From: Balamuthia mandrillaris
Taxonomy: Eukaryota
Length of the DNA stretch: 64,000 bases
Direction: 5' to 3'
Assembly (NCBI GenBank): GCA_031835245.2
Contig: JAVKOQ020000013.1
Location: 310,001-374,000, forward strand
Under the pieces are notes generated by a model. The model was not told the origin of the DNA and did not search any database. It saw only the letters and a list, made by a program, of their open reading frames with translations. This document shows positions 60,531 through 64,000 of this stretch, in pieces; position 1 is the first letter of the stretch, and every line of letters begins with the position of its first letter. A program made the position numbers and the translations under genes.

Positions 60531-62231
60531 ATGGTTGTGCTCTCCATGCTGCCTCCCAAAAGGTGGGCCATTTGCCTGGGTGGCGTCTTTTTGTTTATGC
60601 TGTTCCTACAGTTTTTGCTCGTGTCGGAGCCGCTTGCGCCTTTCCTCGTTCGTTTTCCTAACGCTACTCGTTTCTTGGCTTTCGTCCTCTTTGCCGCCGT
60701 CTTCCTCTTCGTTTGGAGCTTTCTTTGCTTGTTTCCTCTGTTCGTCTCCCGCAACAACTTTCCATCCATATGGCGGCGGTTGTTTGCTCTCCTTATCTCT
60801 CTGCACTCCTTCTTCTCCCTGTCTGCTGTCTTCAAGAAGCTAGTGCTGCCGCACCATTACCACTCTCACTCCGTTTTCTGGACGCTCTGTTCCGTGTGCC
60901 TGGTCTCCAACTGCTTCATCCTCTTTGCTGCGGTTCTGGTGGAAGGCTCCGCCTTTCTGCTCTCCCTGTTGTGTCGGTGGTGGTGTCACAGCAAGCGGGA
61001 CACCCACAACAGCTACATCATCGAGAGCAGCAAGAGGCTTCGCACAGGGTTGATTCTCTTCCTGGTTTCGGTGTTGCTGGTGCACGCCTTGCATGAAGCC
61101 ACACGACTCCCCCCGAAAGTGGTCATCGTGGAGGTGGACATACCGGGATTGCCTTGGCAGGCTGACGGCTTCACCATTTTACAGCTTAGCGACGTGCACC
61201 TGTTGGCAGCTCCCTCTGGTTCTGGATTGTGGTCATACGACCACAAGAAAGCTTTTGTGGAGTGGATTCTTCGGTTTGTTGACAGTGAACAATGGCAAGA
61301 CATGCTTCTTTTTGCTACTGAGGACAACCCAGCCATAGAAGATAACGCAGCAGCGGAAACAAAGCAGAGGAAGAAGGAAGTGGGATTGGTGGCTTTGACA
61401 GGAGATCTGGTGGATGGCAGCGTGGAGGAGGTGGGATCGTTGGTGGCGGAGCTGGTACAACAGATACCCAACCAACATGGGGTGTTCTTTGTGCCAGGCA
61501 ACCATGAATACCATCAGCCTCCAGGAGGCCACTTTCAAAGGGACTGGATGCCTTTCTTTCGGTCCGTTGGCATACGCTCTCTTCTCAACGATGCTGTCAT
61601 CATCTCCACAACCGGCAACGATGACTGCGAAGGAGGCGGGCAAGAAGAAAAAGAAGAACAGCTGTTCGTGCTTGCCGGTGTGGATGACTATGCTGCAGTT
61701 AAGAGCGGTGGCGAAGGGCCAAACTTAACAATGGCGCTAAACGCTGTTGGCGCATCCGGCTCACACCTGCCCATCGTGCTTTTGGCGCATCGGCCTCAAA
61801 TGGTATTGATATTCCTCTCATTATCTTGATTCTCTCCTGTCCATTCACTCTTTTGCTGCTGTTTCCTTCGTGTTGGCACCGGTCCGCTCCTTTCTTTGTG
61901 TTGGCCTTTTTCCTTTGTGGTAATATAATAGGTGTACGAAGCTGCCGAGAAAGGAGCAGCTCTGCAGCTGAGCGGCCATACCCACGGCGGGCAGATCTTT
62001 CCGATGCACTTCCTTCTGTGGCTGGTGGACCCCCACTTGGCAGGTCTTTACCGCGAACCGCACCCGAGAGACAGAAGTGCAAGCAACGACCCCTACGACC
62101 TCCCGGCCATTCGCAGCAGCACGACGCTGTACGTGTCTTCGGGGGCCACCTATGGCGACCCTCCTTTGCGTTTCTTGGCCTCCTCTGAGATTGCCCTGTT
62201 CATCCTGCGAAGCCCTCACGGCAACCCGTGA
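60531..62231 (+). CDS. Transmembrane calcineurin-like metallophosphoesterase (TMPPE/YkuE-like), 2 exons; start could be 60414
   Basis: Several N-terminal TMs, then LSDVH, TGDLVDG, GNHEY, LLAHRP and LSGHTHGGQIFP. Intron ~61803-61931. Confidence 0.88.
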
Positions 62232-62600
62232 CATACCAACAAGAAAACCATGCTTTTCGTTGGGTAAGGGCAACCAATCCCTATCAAGCTTTAATACTCG
62301 CTATATTAATGAATTACCACCAAGCAATTGCGTAACAGAAGGGTGATTACCTGGACCACGTGCGTCCATTCGATATGTGGAAAAAGACCCATAAGCACCG
62401 CGGACAGCTTTAGCTCCTGTACGTTTCTGTTCGGCACCTTAAGAAAGAAAAAGCGTAACTAGCAAACAAAAAAGAAAAAAAAAAGGGAGGAAAGCCACAA
62501 AAAAGTTGGAGAAGAAAGAAACCCTTTGCGCCAAAGAGAAAAGAGAGGGCCTTTGCTTGTTAGGTCTCCTTTCTTTTCTTTTTTGGTTTTAAAACTCGCC

Positions 62601-64000
62601 ATGGCAACAACTGGCGGAGGAGACACCCCAACAACAGCTCAATCCTCAAGCCACAACGCATTCTCCTCCTCCTCCTCTTCTTCCTTGTTGGCCAGCAACT
62701 ACCGTCCTCCGTTACCATGGGAGTCCTACGACTTGGTCTCGCCGCCAGAGGCCTGCAAAACCCCTGCCCAGTACTTTGTCCACAACATCAACAAGCGCTT
62801 CGTGCAGTACCTCTCCCAACGGTTCAGGGAGTTCCAAACGCCGGCCCTCCTCGCTGACAAGGAGTCCTCCCCATCTGCAGCTGCCGGTGGCGGAGGCTTT
62901 CTGCTGGTGGAGCAATGGCGGGCGGATCCCCCAGAGGAAGGCGGGGACAGGCGCTTGCATGAGCTCTTTGAGAGCTATCGCACGGTGGCGAGGGAGGGAG
63001 GCAATCTCTCGCCCTTTGTGACGGGGATGATGGAGTGGAGGAAGGAGCGGCTGGTCAAGGGGGTGGAGCTCAGCGAGGAGTTCTTGCAGAGAATCAATAA
63101 GAGCGAGAGGGAGGATGCCATCAAGGTTCTTGCCAAGAGAAAGCAGGTTTGTAAAGCAACAGACCTGAGTAGAGTGAGAAGAGTAGGGAGAAAAGCAAGA
63201 AGGACAGAGAAGAGAGGGAAGGGAGAAGGGGAGAGAAGGAGAGAGAAAGAAAGAGAAAGAAAGAGACAGAAAGAGAATGGAAGGAGAGTGTTGACAAGAG
63301 CCGTTTTGCTGTTTGCGTATGTTGATCTTTTGTATTAACCACAACACAACAGCTATCAGTACATTATGTCTTTTGTAAAGCAGTATTAATAGGGCTGGAA
63401 ACCTGGGACAAGAAAACCAACACTCTGGCTGACACGGTTGCCGATGAGTTGGAGAACCTTTGTTTCTCTTTCTTCAACGACTCTCGGTTTGTTCTCTTCT
63501 TTGTCACTCCCCTACATTTGTTTTATGTTTACAGTTCACACTATGTAGAGCAATGTTTCAGCCCAAAGCCTCGAAGAAAAGTGGTACCACACTTGAAAAG
63601 ACTGGAAACAAGGCCGTTATCTTTTCGCTCTATGGAGAAATTCTGGGCATGCTTTCTGCATGTTTTAGGTCTCTCTTCCTCTCTCTGTCTCTGCCTATCT
63701 CTCCTCTTCAACTGTCCATCCTATTTTCTTTAGTTACAATAAGGGAAACGTAATACTGATAGTCGCGATAGGTTTAATGAGATCACAGAAAAGTTCTTCG
63801 AGATATTGGATAGAGACAGCAAATCGAAAGATAACGCTCAGTCTTTGGTTGTCATTAATGGATTGCGCTCTCTTCGACTTGATGTACTTTTACCATTCTC
63901 TTCTGATGATTGTTTTTTTGTATTGTGTGCTTACTCTTTTTTTAAAATATAGCTTCACACTCCAAAACATCAGAAAGAGTCAATAGAATTCTTGAAACAC
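62601..64000 (+). CDS. 5' part of a Furry/Tao3/Mor2 (MOR2-PAG1) scaffold protein, multi-exon, runs off the window
   Basis: TPAQYFVHNINKRFVQY, GMMEWRKE, KRKQ-LSVHYVFCKAVL and LYGEILGMLSAC-FNEITEKFFEIL..VINGLRSLRL resemble the successive conserved N-terminal blocks of Tao3/Furry. Confidence 0.68.

Noticed and set aside
32955..62231. RNA ligase plus metallophosphoesterase as a heal-and-seal RNA repair pair
   Set aside because: They are 26 kb apart, and the phosphoesterase is a membrane TMPPE/YkuE type rather than Pnkp-like.

Overview
Gene-dense eukaryotic genomic DNA, not prokaryotic. It has many short GT-AG introns rich in (CT)n/(AG)n microsatellites and intergenic gaps of only 70-1200 bp. Gene content (SH2-bearing TKL kinase of the Dictyostelium Shk type, cAR/Crl-type GPCR, verprolin-like WH2 protein) points to an amoebozoan, plausibly a discosean such as Balamuthia or an Acanthamoeba relative (inference). 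About 25 protein genes were reconstructed by hand. Recognisable ones: TBC1D8/9-like Rab-GAP, COQ9, two tandem intronless CsbD-like stress proteins, HPRT, Rab21, a WH2/SH3 verprolin-like protein, Shk-like kinase, F-box RasGEF, mitochondrial SHMT, an Rnl2-type RNA ligase, a coiled-coil/EF-hand tail-anchored protein, a YDGG-repeat protein, a PH protein, a Kelch/Cys-rich/GPS membrane protein, a GPCR, TSC1, PUS10, site-2 protease, a TMPPE-like phosphoesterase and the 5' part of a Furry/Tao3 homologue. Most notable: (i) a phage/giant-virus-type RNA ligase 2 carrying a host-style intron; (ii) a multi-hairpin intergenic element at ~59.1-59.5 kb with an RNase P/MRP-like P4 pairing; (iii) the YDGG heptapeptide-repeat protein; (iv) the CsbD-like His/Glu/Lys repeat pair; (v) a duplicated WH2 exon module with near-identical exons but diverged equal-length introns. 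All calls come from motif recognition by eye. No searches were run, and exon boundaries and some starts are approximate.
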